This document shows positions 41,044 through 54,299 of a DNA stretch of 64,000 nucleotides, piece by piece. The stretch comes from Octopus bimaculoides (Eukaryota), in NCBI RefSeq assembly GCF_001194135.2, contig NC_068983.1:103267181-103331180 (forward strand), given 5' to 3'. The position numbers and the translations under genes are program-made. The number at the start of each line of letters is the position of its first letter. Position 1 is the stretch's first letter. Under the pieces are notes generated by a model. It searched no databases. It was not told where the DNA came from and saw nothing but the letters and a program-made list of their open reading frames with translations.

Positions 41044-41417
41044 GGGAGGCGCAATGGCCCAGTGGTTAGGGCAGCGGACTTGCGGTTTCGATTCCCAGAC
41101 CAGGCATTGTGAGTGTTTATTGAGCGAAAACACCTAAAGCTCCGCGAAGCTCTGGCAGGGGAAGGTGACGAACCCTGCTGTACTCTTTCACCACAACTTT
41201 CTCTCACTCTTACTTCCTGTTTCTGTTGTGCTTGTAATTCAAAGGGTCAGCCTTGTCACACTGTGTCACGCTGAATATCCCCGAGAACTACATTAATGGT
41301 ACACGTATCTGTGGAGTGCTCAGCCACTTGCACGTTAATTTCATGAGCAGGCTGTTCCGTTGATCGTATCAACTGGAACCCTCGACGTCGTAAGCGAAGG
41401 AGTGCCAACAACAACAA
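41044..41417 (+). mobile_element. tRNA-derived SINE with a distinct head and centre but the family-B 3' module, ending in (CAA)n
   Basis: A-box TGGCCCAGTGG and B-box remnant TTCGATTCCC. The 3' ~190 bp (tcaaagggtcagccttgtcac...actggaaccctcg) matches 7330-7500 and 10215-10385. It is CpG-rich, so probably young. Confidence 0.85.
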
Positions 41418-42229
41418 TTTACATTTGCACTTGCTTCTAAGAAGGTTGCAACCTACAAGTGATGATGTCCAGCAAATTGTCTGCTTGTTTTGTAACTTTG
41501 AAGCTGTAAGGAAAAAGAGATCCCTCATTTGTAAAACAGGCAAGGGCTTGTGACAAGAAGGGCATCTGACTATAAAACAATGCATTGATAGCATTCATTT
41601 AACCCATGCTAGCAAAGAAAAAGAGACATAAAATAGATGTATGATATATAGCTATAGAATGAAAATCCCTCTCATTCACCCTGTCCCTTCACATGGTTCA
41701 TCTTTGTAATTAATTTTATTTCTTTATTACTGTCTATATTTGTAGCACCTGCGTATATAAATACACACATGCACATACGTAAGTAAGATATTCCCAGTAA
41801 CATACTAATACATGCACATATTACCAACAGTTGTAGAGTTATTGAACTTGTATGGATTTTCTGTTCTTACTATAAGAGACAACCATCTTGGAATCTACTC
41901 TTCATTTGTCAATCTGCAGATTCACATTCAAATAGTTTTGAGAGATAAAAGAAGTTATCATCATTATTATAATGAATAATCCACAAGAATTATGGGAATG
42001 AAGGGACGAATATCTATAAAATTACAGGATTTATAATGAGAGTAAAACTTTGTTATCTTTAATTCTTAGCAGCTTGAATCCAGTCTTTTAAAAGTTATCA
42101 ACTGCAAAAGTTTAGTATTTTGTTATTAGAGAAGTTCTTAAATATACTAGTTGGCCAAAATAAATTGCCAAGCTAGTATGATTCAGTGTAAACTATAGTT
42201 ATAATTTGAAGCCAAGGATGATCTAGGAG

Positions 42230-42391
42230 CAGTGGTACACTTATATTCTTTCCAAAATTCGGCAGCACACCTGAATTAAAAATATAACTAAAGGTATAGG
42301 GAAAAAAATTATATTTAGGTTACACTGCAGTACACCTAACATCGTCTCATAGTACACCAGTGTGCCACAGCATACCAGTTGCGGAACACTG
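42230..42391. mobile_element. Short hAT (Charlie-like) MITE remnant
   Basis: Ends CAGTGG... / ...ccagttgcggaaCACTG; flanks atctaggag / atctagag resemble the NTCTAGAN Charlie target duplication. Confidence 0.6.
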
Positions 42392-42897
42392 ATCTAGAGC
42401 ACAGAGAGCAGGAATAAATGTAAGGCATCGTATTCAATGCTCCAATGATTGCCAATTGACTGCCTTATCATTTTAGTTTACAGTGACGTTATTATCATTA
42501 TTACACCAGCAGTTATTGTAGAGACTGCATTGCTACACTACCATTGGTTTCACCCTCTTACTTAACAGGTATGTATTACTATTCAGTATATAAAGTTATG
42601 GAACTCGTAACTCTTCACACACACACTTATCTCTGTATTCATTTCAAATATATACTAGGAGCCCTTTTGATAAGCAAAACTATCAGAGTACATGCTTTCT
42701 GATGACTGGTGAAATAGCCACAAAATATTCTGTAAAGATAATCTCAACTATTTTTTTATGTATCTACAGAACACTCAATCATATTTACATTGTTTAGATT
42801 TGCAGAGTGAGGCTTTTTGTTTTTAAGAAAAACTATGTGTGTGTATGTATCAAATTTTCTGATGTATGTTGTATTGTGCATAAATATTTTTAAATTA

Positions 42898-43053
42898 AGA
42901 AGTGGCTGTGTGGTAAGAAGCTTGCTTCCTAACCACATCGATCCCGGTTCAGTCCCACTGTGTGGCATCTTGGGCGGTGTCTTCTGCTATAACCTCAGGC
43001 TGACCAAAGCTTTGTGAGTGAATTTGGTAGACGGAAACTGAAAAAAAACCTGT

Positions 43054-43115
<62 letters not shown>

Positions 43116-43297
43116 TCTCCCCACCATCACTTAACTGAAGTTGGTGTGTTTTACATCCCTGTAACTTAGTGGTTCAACAAAAAAGACCGCTAGAATAAGT
43201 ACTAGGTTTACAAAGAATAAGTCCTGAAGTTGATTTCTTCGACTAAAGGCAGTGCTCCAGTATGATTGCAGTCAAATGATTGAAACATGTAAAAGAA
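42898..43297 (+). mobile_element. tRNA-derived SINE (family A), full length
   Basis: Head agtggctgtgtggtaagaagcttgc...ggttcagtcccac, internal (TG)n, tail cagtcaaatgattgaaacatgtaaaaga; homologous to 6154-6614. Confidence 0.9.
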
Positions 43298-43490
43298 TTT
43301 AAAAAAACCCACCAATGAATGCATAGTATGTGTCTGCTGATAATTTGTCAAATAACCACAAAAAGGTTAGTAAAAACAATCCCAATTATTATTATATATT
43401 TCTTTTTTTGTATGGAGAAAACACCTAAATATGGATTTAAATTGTTTTTACATTTTCACAGCAAGGTTACAAAATTTTTTTTAAACATTA

Positions 43491-43530
<40 letters not shown>

Positions 43531-43574
43531 AATAATTACTCTGAAGCTTTGTGGAGAATATATTGTATAAAGGA

Positions 43575-44310
43575 TTGTAAGGCCAGAAGAATGCGAAGTA
43601 AATGCAAGGCAAATCCCAAAAAACAAATATATGAATTAATGAAGACTTACCTTGCATTCAAAATTTAGGGGTTATGACCCCAGTTTCAAGAAACTGATGT
43701 ATGTTGCTGATGTGCGTGTGTGTGAGCATGTGTGGAGCAGACATACATGGAAAGGTGTTGCTATAGCAACCAGTTAGCTTCCTGTAACTGTCTTCTGTAT
43801 GTTGAGATACTGCATACCAGTCCTTCCCTGAGAAAAGTTCTGTCTAAGAACAACACCTCTCACTACTCTGAGGAGTACACATTATCAAACTGCCCCATAA
43901 ACGACCCTGAATTGTGCCAGAGGACCTATGTTGTATACGAGATCACCAGTGGCATATATGCATAAAGGAACACATGCAGGTAGACTCTTCTGTGAAGAAA
44001 CATCTACGGAAATGCCAGACCCGTGAATTCACAGTGTACGTCAGGGTAACACAGCAGAACAGGGGTAACCTGAGCATCTCTGAGGCCATCCTTATACACC
44101 AAAGAAAACCAAATATCAACAGTAGTAGAGAGTTACAGGAAGCTAGCTGGTTGACGACCGCACCACACATGCACATCAGCAACATTCGTTAGTTTCTTGA
44201 AAATGGGGTCATAACCCTGAAATATTGAATGCAAGGTAAGTCTACATTAATTCATATATTTGTTTTCTTGGGATTTGCCTTGCATTTATTTCATTGTTCT
44301 AGTCTTACCC
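43575..44310 (+). mobile_element. Penelope-like element remnant: GIY-YIG endonuclease fragment flanked by inverted pseudo-LTR copies
   Basis: Plus-strand frames give CPINDPELCQRTYVVYEITS // IKEHMQVDSSVKKHLRKC...LSISEAILIHQRKPNINSSRE (Penelope EN pattern VY.I.C...R..EH...S.V..H...EA..I....P.IN; the YIG segment is deleted). About 43575-43810 is the reverse complement of about 44115-44310. Confidence 0.8.
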
Positions 44311-45855
44311 GATATATATATATATGTATATTTGTTAGACAGACATATCTGACTTAGACAGAGCTGTACTACGACCTTATGTATTTTTATTTGCAAAGAA
44401 GAGAAAAGAAGAAAGATCTTGATATCATCAAACTGGCCCGAATACTTGGAACAAAGTAAACTCAACTATAAGCACCTAATGATGATGATTTAAGTCTGCT
44501 ATCCAAGAACAGATACACTTAATCAATCCAATGAGCTTCTCCACAGTTCATTTACTTGATTCCATTCACACTGCTCAGATGAATCTGAGGCTATGTTAGA
44601 AGATATCGAAAGTGCTACATAGTGGGATTGAAACCAGACCAACAGAACTGCAGAATGAACTTGTTTATCACACATTGCCTATATCCATAGCTGTGTGAAT
44701 GTGTGGCATATCTCCCACATACCCAAATAATTGATATTTTCTCTACATTTTCCATGATTTTACTGTTTGTGTTAGTTTAGGGGCATTTTGCTCATTTGAA
44801 TTTAGCATGGTAACTTTTATTTTGTCAAAATGATATATTATGGTTTTGGAAAAAACACTTTCCTTTCTCCTCCTCTTTTTATAATCTTGAATTTGAAATC
44901 TAATCATATTGCTTTACTCTTACATGACATGATGGAATAACAAGATTACTGAAATAACTTTGAAAAAAAAAAAAAATCCCTTTTGGAAATTATCAACTAG
45001 CTATGCACAGGTAGTACGATGGAACCAGAAACAAAGTAACCACTCTCCTGTACCGATACCATGATAAAATGCACTCAGTACATCCTGTAAAATTACTGGG
45101 TGAACAGACAGGGATAATATAGGGAAGAGAGAACATTTTAGTTCTGATGTGGACATGACAACCTGCTGGTGCCATAATAAGGTACATGTTGAACATTCTG
45201 AAAGGTGGTCAATAGTTTTTTGAAGGACATCTAGCCATAGAAACATGTCAAAAATGGAATGAATGTATAAGTGAGATATAGTCCTCTAACCAGCCAAGGA
45301 GAGCAGTGATCCTAAATAATAACTGACTCAGATCAAGGTATCCAGCCAATCTATAGCAGCTTGGAAAGTAGATATCATGATGATGGTGATCTAGGCAAGG
45401 GTTTGGGAATATTTAGTGATACTTCGACATACACACATTTATTTTTAAAGTATTTGTTCCATTGTTCTTTAGGAGTAAATAAAAATAGAAGTTTAGAAAA
45501 AGAAGAAAGCAGGAAAATACATGAATGCTTTTCTATATTTGAGAATCTATGAATGTGTTTTAATAGCAAGTAGAGTTAGGTAACAAACAGATTAAAAGTG
45601 TCAAAGGAAAAAAAATAGATTAGATGAGATAATAACAGATGGCTCTTAATTTTGAAAAATAAGACTTACATAACTCTTTTACCAAGAAATCAATAAGAAT
45701 AACTTAAATTATAAAATAAGGAAGACAGTAATAATATATCATTGATATGATGTATCATTACTTACTTAAGTGACATTGTGATTGAAGAAAATAGAAAATG
45801 AAGCAAAAATATATCAGCATAGTCTCCTACAGAGTTTTTCACATGTGGGAAGAGA

Positions 45856-45857
<2 letters not shown>

Positions 45858-45899
<42 letters not shown>

Positions 45900-45964
45900 N
45901 NNNNNNNNNNNNNNNNNNNNNNNNNNNNNNNNNNNNNNNNNNNNNNNNNNNNNNNNNNNNNNNN

Positions 45965-46019
<55 letters not shown>

Positions 46020-46050
46020 TGCGTGTGTGTGTGTGTGTGTGTGTACACAT
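45858..46050. repeat. (GA)n - gap - (GT)n/(GCGT)n microsatellites
   Basis: Directly visible; N run at 45900-45963. Confidence 0.95.
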
Positions 46051-46691
46051 ATGCATGCACACATATCTGTTGCCCGTCTTCCTCATTAGTTCTCATTACA
46101 CTCAAGCTAGCAATAGTTAGATTATTCTGAAAATTTGGATATTTTGCATGAATTCTCGAGGCTGGTAGTTTTTGCAATCTAAACAACTTTCCTTGCGTAA
46201 AGCTGGAAGGGTTAATAAATAAATTCTGGTCAATAGACAAGTGATATTGTTTCATGTACTAAAAGCTGGATTTGAAAACTCATCAGAATCATTTGGTCAA
46301 TAGATTAATACATAAAATGTAATGAAATCCAGAAAATTCTTAAATAAATGAAAAATTACAGGTAGCAGGAGTGGGAGTGAATTGGCTTAGTGTTTACCCA
46401 CTTAGTACTGTTATGTTCAAGCACTGTCAAAATACTTATCTAAATTATATTAACATTGTACTAGGTATATTAGTACTACAAAGATGTGACTGTGGTAAGA
46501 AGTTTGCTTCCCAGCCACATGGTTCTGGGTTCAGTCTCTGAGTGTGGCACCTAGGGCAAGTGTCTTTGGAAACTGAAATGAGCCCATGTATCTGTAGGCA
46601 CTACTGGTGTATTACCTAACTATGTATAGGCCTTGTTATAAGGTTAACAGTAGTTGGTAATTTAAATGGTAAATTGTGGTTTAATATAGTC

Positions 46692-47017
46692 AGATAAGAA
46701 ATGGAGCAACAATTAACAATTAGAAGTTGATCACTAGTATTAAATAGTCATAGTTTAATTATATTTAAAATAACATTTACAGCTATTTCAGTTTGTTATT
46801 TTTGAGGTAAATTTGCATTTATTTCGTTCCATGTAACAAACATCACCAAATCATTCTGATGATGTTTCTTACATGGAATGCGATAAATGCAAATTTACCT
46901 AAAAAATAACAAACTGAAACAGCTGTAAATGTTATTTTAGATATAATTAAACTATGACCATTTAATACCAATGATCACCTTCTAATTGTTAATTGTTGCT
47001 CCATTTCTTTTCTTATC

Positions 47018-47018
<1 letters not shown>
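46692..47018. repeat. Long near-perfect inverted repeat (hairpin), about 150-bp arms with a 14-nt loop
   Basis: 46696-46845 aligns to the reverse complement of 46860-47009 with 11 mismatches by hand alignment and no gaps; the loop is ccaaatcattctga. Confidence 0.95.
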
Positions 47019-47095
<77 letters not shown>

Positions 47096-47780
47096 GGTGT
47101 ATGTTTGTGTTACTGTCATGCAAGCAGTAGCTTACATTTCGGATATTCTGTGAAAACATGTCTGATTATTGGGAAATATAATACTTTACTTGGAAACAGG
47201 TGAGGGTTGGTGATATGAAAGACATTTGGTTGTAGAAAATCTGCCTCAACACATTCTGTCCAATCCATGCAAGAATGGAATAGTGGATATTAAAAAACGG
47301 TGATGATATGTGTGTGTGTTAGTCAGGAGAAAAGTGGTATCCATGACTCCTTAAAGGTATCCTCAAACTGGAAACCAGGGCCCCGAATGCTTGCAATAGA
47401 GTGGGCTTCACTAAAGGTAGTCAAGGTACAAAGTAGTGGTTTTAAATCAGGCAATTGGTGAAGTCTACAACCTAGGTGGGCCATGGTAGGATTTGAACTC
47501 AGAATGCAAAGAGTCAGAACAGATACAACAAGGCATCCGATCAACCACTTTGGACTGGCATTTAAAAAAAACTAATTTTTTTTATAACTCTGAAAGGATG
47601 AAAAGTTGACCTCATCAGAATTTGAACTCAGAATGTTGGAACAAACACTATAAGCATTCTGTCCAAGGCTTTAACAAAGCTGCCAAGACTAAGACTCTGT
47701 AATAATTATATCAGTACCATAGTGATACACATATATCCACATGCATATATATACACAAACATACATATACTGTATGTGTG

Positions 47781-47833
<53 letters not shown>

Positions 47834-48032
47834 GTAGATGCACATGCATACACACACGTGACATTAGTTACGTTGGTACTACAGTCACGTAACACTGCAG
47901 CAATAGCTATCTAGTACTGCAATCATCAAATGCTGTAATAGCACCTCTCTACTAATGCAATGATATAATGCACTAATGGTACTGCAATGATACAAACACA
48001 ACCCTGAGTTATTAATGAATAAAATACATAAT

Positions 48033-48416
48033 CCTTTACTTGCTTCAGTCACTGGACAGTGGGCATATAGGGACACTGCTTTGAAGGGTGTTTTTTAAAA
48101 AAAATTTTTTAACTCAAACAAATCAACCTCAGTATTTATTTTTGTAAAGTCTGGCACTTATTCTATTGGTCTCTATGGCCAAACTGCTAAGTTAAGGGGG
48201 TTTAAAACAATATTGGTTGCCAACTGGTGATGGGGGAGAAACACACACACAGACGTGACAGGCTTCATTCAGTTTCTGCCCACCAAATCCATTCACAAAG
48301 CTTTGGTTGGCTCGAGACTGTAGTAGGAAATACTTGCCAAGATATCACAGTGGGACTGAACCCAAAATCATGCGGTTGGGAAACCGACTTATTACCACAC
48401 ATCCACACTTGCACCT
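48033..48416 (-). mobile_element. tRNA-derived SINE (family A), diverged full-length copy
   Basis: Collinear with 6154-6614 from tail to head. Partial copies also occur near 2468-2606, 4105-4180, 5585-5690, 7030-7095, 9255-9360, 29655-29770, 40870-40985 and 46482-46590. Confidence 0.8.
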
Positions 48417-48944
48417 ATTTTCCTTAACCAATATTGATGTGTGGTAAATGCAGTACAGTGACATATAAAAATAGTTACATTAGTACTATATGTATCCAGT
48501 CAAATTGAATCAGATGAAGAAGAGACTGGATTTGCCATGTCCATGTCTTTCTCAAAATTGCCGGTGAAAATGAAATAGGAACATGCCTCTACATGGTTGT
48601 TAGATCAGCTAGAAATAGCAGCTCACTACAGTATCTTGAAAAGATGGACAGATACTTTGGATAATGTGTTAGATATCCCTTAAGATAGAATTGGTCAAAG
48701 CTGGGATAGGTACCTTTAATCATGTTTACTCACTCAACGCTGACACAGGGTTAAACAACAAAAACATGGCCCCAGTTTTGGCTCACCAAAAGCTTAGCTT
48801 ATTACCGCCCACCCATTTTATGGTGTTCACCGCAATTATCTATTTCTGCAATGATGTAACATTTGTAATGAACACAATCGTATCAACGGCAGAAGAAGGA
48901 GGAAACAAAAAACTAATGAGTATGTTTAATATCTACATCCCCAG

Positions 48945-48947
<3 letters not shown>

Positions 48948-48995
<48 letters not shown>

Positions 48996-49062
48996 CAGAG
49001 AGGAGAGAAACGGAGAGAGAGAGAGAGGAAGAGAGAGATAGAGGGGAAGAGAGAGATAGAGG

Positions 49063-49105
<43 letters not shown>

Positions 49106-49134
49106 AGAGAGAGAGAGAGAAAGANNNNNNNNNN

Positions 49135-49170
<36 letters not shown>

Positions 49171-49210
49171 AGAGAGAGAGAGAGAAAGAGAAAGAGAGAG
49201 AGAGAGAGAT
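48948..49210. repeat. (GA)n compound purine microsatellite with gap
   Basis: Directly visible; N run at 49125-49134. Confidence 0.95.
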
Positions 49211-50704
49211 TTAATGGTGGTGGTGGTGGGGAGGAAGACAGAAGAGAAGAGAAGCGGATATGAATTATTTTGAAATGAAGGATCCTAACTGGTTGGAAAC
49301 CCTAAAGTGAAATGTAATTTAATGAAAAGAATGCACTCAGTCTATTCATTGATTTTTTTTTTCTTTGTTTCTTGTTTTTTTTTTTCCTTGCTATTTCCTT
49401 TCTCTTCTACTGCTGCTGCATTCACCATTTTTGCTGCTGCTATTGCTGTAAGATCAGTTCGCAAAGCTGTTGCAGAGCAATAATCAATACTTACTAATGG
49501 GTACTTTAACTAATACACGTTGCTAGCCAGAGCATGATGGCCTAACAATCACTGTATACATAGCACTCTACATGGATGCTTCCTTGTGTCATTCTGCCAC
49601 CAATAAATGGTATTCCAACAAGTTCTGATCTAAAATAATGTGTTGAGTATACGAATATATATGAAGATAGATAGTATGAGAGAGAGAGAGAGAGAAATTC
49701 ATTCAAACAGACATATACACATACATGTATATGTATGCACACACACACACACATACATGTATGCATATGCAGCTACACACATGTATGCATACGCAGCTAC
49801 ACACACACACGTATATGTATGCATATGCAGCTATACGCACACACATTATATATATACTACATACATATATACATACTTATACATATGATACAAGCAGCAT
49901 GATGAGAGCACCTGAAATTAATTTCTTACAGCCTGAAGAATTTCCATGTACTAACTAAAGATAGAAAGTTATCCAAGGTAATAATTTTCATAGTAGAAGC
50001 TATTAGGTCTTAGCAGTTAGTTAACCTACATAGCAAGACAAACAACAAAATGGAGAGTTTCTAAGAAATCAATCACTTTTAATGGAACTGGGAGGCTGCA
50101 TCTCAAGGTACATAATCAATAAACCTGTAACCTCGAAGCTAAAATTAGAAGCAAGCAACCCTTTACTGGGAAAGGAAAGATTAAAATATCATCTGGAAGC
50201 ATATATATAGAGAGCTTTGAATAATAAAAAAGATCTTTGAAAAAATTCTTATCAATGATTGTGAACTTATAAAAGCAGTACCAGAACAATGGAAAACTAC
50301 AGACGTCACACTGTATTTAAGAACTGAAAACTGGAGGTAAAGGAGTATAACTTTTAGGGACTTGATATATTTTGATTTGACTGAAATTAGCTAGAAGTAA
50401 AACAAGGCCAAATGTACATTCTTAAAAAATTAATAACTTGGCATGAATTCTGAATTATGTGTTCTTCATATTTCATCAGGAATTGTTTTTTTGTTTTTTT
50501 TTTAAAACCAAAACTCTTGTTTTTACTTTACAAGACTAGAATGCATTTGAAGGAAGATTTGGAGAGAAGCAATAAACTAGACACAAGTGCCAAGAATGCA
50601 GCACTAAGAGATTCAAAGACCTTATGAAACATCAGAGCTCAATATTAATTAAGTAGCTAACCAGGCAAATGAAGCTACAAGAAAGAGAATACATTCACAC
50701 ACGC

Positions 50705-50706
<2 letters not shown>

Positions 50707-50790
<84 letters not shown>
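50707..50790. repeat. Long (TA)n microsatellite
   Basis: About 40 TA units. Similar arrays at 47028-47092, 19789-19839, 31694-31732, 39961-40036 and 43495-43528. Confidence 0.95.
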
Positions 50791-50792
<2 letters not shown>

Positions 50793-53293
50793 ACATACAC
50801 ACACATGCATGTGTATATGTGTGTGTTTATGCTTTAGAATATATATATATATATTTTTTTTTAAAGGAGGTGATATTTACATTCAATTGATTATGAACTG
50901 AAGACAATATGCAAAATCCTGAAATTTCATGTTGGATCTTTCAGTTGGTAGTGAATCATAACAAAGGAGCAATTTGGAATTATATAATAATCATTACAAG
51001 TAAAACAAATGGTTACTTTCTTGCATGAAAAAATAATAAAGTGTTGTCAGTAACTCCAGAAGAGATTCACACTGCTGTTGTCATTAGAACTGATGTAATA
51101 ATACAGCATTGGTTAATTTGTCATTCAACTATTTGGTATTGGTAGTGGAGAATAGATCAAGTCAGCGCAGGTGGTGTGTAATAGTGCTATAGCAGTTGCT
51201 TTGTGCCAAGGTCAAGCTATTAACTGTTTCAAGATACACAGAATGCCGATACTGAAAAGATCACAAACAGAGAAATAACTATTGACAGAGGTTTTACTAA
51301 CGGCTTTAGCTAACAAGGAAAAGTAGATGTTTGTGGGCAAGGTGAGTGTAGGACAGCTTGTTATTAGTTAATAGTGTATTTAGTACATACCAAATGAAGA
51401 CAGATTGGTATGAGAACAACTCCACAAGCTATCATTGTGGGCACATTTGTTCCAGTAGATCATGCTAGGAACTTCACTTTAACTCTCAGCTAAGTTATTT
51501 GTTGTTTCCAAGAGTGAAGATACTAGTTAAAGACATTAAAAATGTTGGCGAACATCTGCATTAATTACTTTCTTTAAATCAACCAACTGAAATAATTTGA
51601 AGGCTTTTATACTTAATATATTTTAATCTTTCATTGCACGAATACTATATTAAGGAATTTACATAAATTTATTACTTTACAGGGGAAAAAAATGATAAAA
51701 AAAAAGCTCACTGGTTATATGTAAGGAAGAATCTTGTCAGAAAATATCAACACAGAAAATATTAACACTATTTTGAATAAATAGAAAGGTAGAAAGAAAA
51801 AAAATTGTAGAGAAAAGCATAATCAGAATTACTTTTCTTCAACAGTCTCTTAAGACCACCATGATGTTATGATCACTTTTTTACCATCCATCTTCCATGC
51901 TGGCATGGATTGGACAGTGCCTACATTAGTATTTCCTGAACCTTGATTGAGATGGATCATTGAGCTTGTGCTTCCTGAACATACATTAGAACAAGTAGTA
52001 CTCTAACAGAAACTTTTGCTTTCTAATTAGTTGTTTTAAATAGTTTCCATTTCTATAGGGAATAACCTGGGCAACATATTTCACTACTGATTCAACAAAT
52101 ACAATAGAGGAGATTACAATGGCCAAACACTGAGTTCCCAAAACAAAGCTCCACCAATAGAAAACGAAGTTCATTTTTCAAATCTAACCGCATATAATGT
52201 AAATTAAAAACAAAAGTTCAAAAAGGTTAATAAATCAAATAAGGATATATTTGAAATATTGTAAACAATGCTTTGAAAGTGGAATTTGGTAGATGTAAAG
52301 TGTGTATATCTCTTGATGCATATTGGCAAGAAAAAGCTAAAAGTACTAAAACCTATGAAGTCGTTATGTTTGTTCTGCACTTAGCTACAGGTACTCCTTA
52401 ATCACTCTTGCTGTCAGAAATACAATTAGCCAACGATTGCCCATTGTAACCGACAGTACTGTTTGTTGATCACCAATTGCAATGTAAAATGAAAAAAAAA
52501 ACAAAAAACAAAATGTCAAAATAATATCATCATCTAATAATACTTCAAAAATAAAATGTTTCCTTTAGTGTTTAAATACCACTGAGTCCAAGAAAGGCTA
52601 TATAATAACAGGCCTTAAGTCTGAGAATGGAAGAGCTGGTCAGGATTAAAGTTGACACATTAAAGATAAGATATGTAAGAAATATCTTATTTAATCAAAG
52701 ACACAGATCATAACCTCTGGTATCAAAGTAGTACATTGTTTATTGCTTCTAAGAGACAGGCTTATCTCTCAGTATATGTGAAACAGCTCCGATACATGTT
52801 ACATATTTGAAATACCAAGTTAGTCAAAGAGAAAATATTTTAAAAAAATATCCATGTTGCACTTTAAAATTTTCAGAAGTAAAATAATGTAATAAAGCAG
52901 CAAAGTTAAATAAAAAGCCATTTAGATTTATGTTACAAATAAAGCCTTTCAAATAAACTGGTGAATAACACTATAATATTAGAGTATCTGAGAATAGAGC
53001 ATGTGGAAATATTCGTTTCAATAAAATTTTCCATCATAGCTTGTGTAATCTTTGTATCATTGCAATGCAAGCAGGGCTACAAGCTCCCTTCTTTATGACA
53101 TAGTGATAATGACTGTTGGCTTACACACACACAAAGGCACTCACACTTATAAGAAGTTTATAGTGGGGAAAAAAAATCTGAAAGTTCAGGGACATTAACA
53201 AAAGTAAAGTGAATTAGATTGAACTGAGAATCTTAACTGGCTTGCAAACTTGGCTTATTGAAAGCTTACCTCGTGCAGCAGTACTGCACTCAC

Positions 53294-53316
53294 CGTCTAT
53301 ACAACAATATCGTCAT
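53294..53316 (-). other. Candidate alternative first coding exon end of the nuclear receptor (MTILLYR-R, phase 2)
   Basis: ATG at 53316, then ACG|GTGAGT donor at 53294/53293. Phase 2 matches the 13268 acceptor and joins in frame. A second strong donor, AG|GTAAGC, lies 24 nt downstream. Confidence 0.3.
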
Positions 53317-54074
53317 TATCTTAAGCAGAACACTTGAATCTTGAATGTTGTCTCCAGTGACATTCACAGCCACACACCATACAGAGGTTACCTACCTCAT
53401 CCATACTCCAGCAGCAAAAATATCACTTCAGTAATAACATCAAGCACTCTTAAAACCAATTCAAGTAGCAAAAAAAGAGAGCTATCAAGATAAATGATAG
53501 TAAATATAGCAACTACTGGATTTTTCCAACTTACTACTACTGACTACTACTGTTAAGTTACACAATGAAACTGAACGACTTTTACCAACTGATGTTGTAC
53601 AGATTGCATGCATACAATGTAACTGTATTTAATTAGCAAGCTAGACATCAGATTCAAAGGTCAGAAGATCAAACCCTACTGGAGCTATTGAATTGTGTGC
53701 CCTTCTAAAGTAGGGCAAACAAAGTTTACCTTCTTGTGATAAAACACCTGCTTGAGGAATGTATGAATATAAATTTATTTGTTGCAGAGATGTAGTACTG
53801 TTGCTGACATATTTTTTCTTCTTTCACTAGTTTTAATCAATGGATTGCAGTCATGCTGCAGCATCACCTTTGAGGCTTTTATTTTTATTCGGTTATACTG
53901 ACCCCAGAATTTTATCTGGTGCTTATTTAATTGACTTTGGAAATGGTCGAAAGGCAAGGTCAAGTGATTTTACAATAAGGCAACCAATATGGAGCTTAGT
54001 ACACTTCAAATGCTGACACACACACACACACACACACATGGACTTCCACACAGTTTCTGATGACCAAATTTCAC

Positions 54075-54299
54075 TTAACCCTTTAGCACTCACATTATTC
54101 TGTCAAAAGTAATACTCATTTATTCACATTGTTTTGAATTAATACATATCTTGTAGCTATGAGATTTTGATGAGGAAACTTAATTTTTTTTAGAATGATA
54201 TTGTAGGGTTTTTGTCAGATACCAAATTCGGCCAGCTTGAACATAAAACAGGTGGAATATTTTGGTTGGATGTGGCCAGTTTAAATGCTAAAGGGTAGA
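54075..54299 (+). mobile_element. piggyBac-like MITE (TTAA family E)
   Basis: TTAAccctttagcac ... aatgctaaagggTAgA. Partial copies also occur at 39361-39504(+) and 16527-16640(-). Confidence 0.75.
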
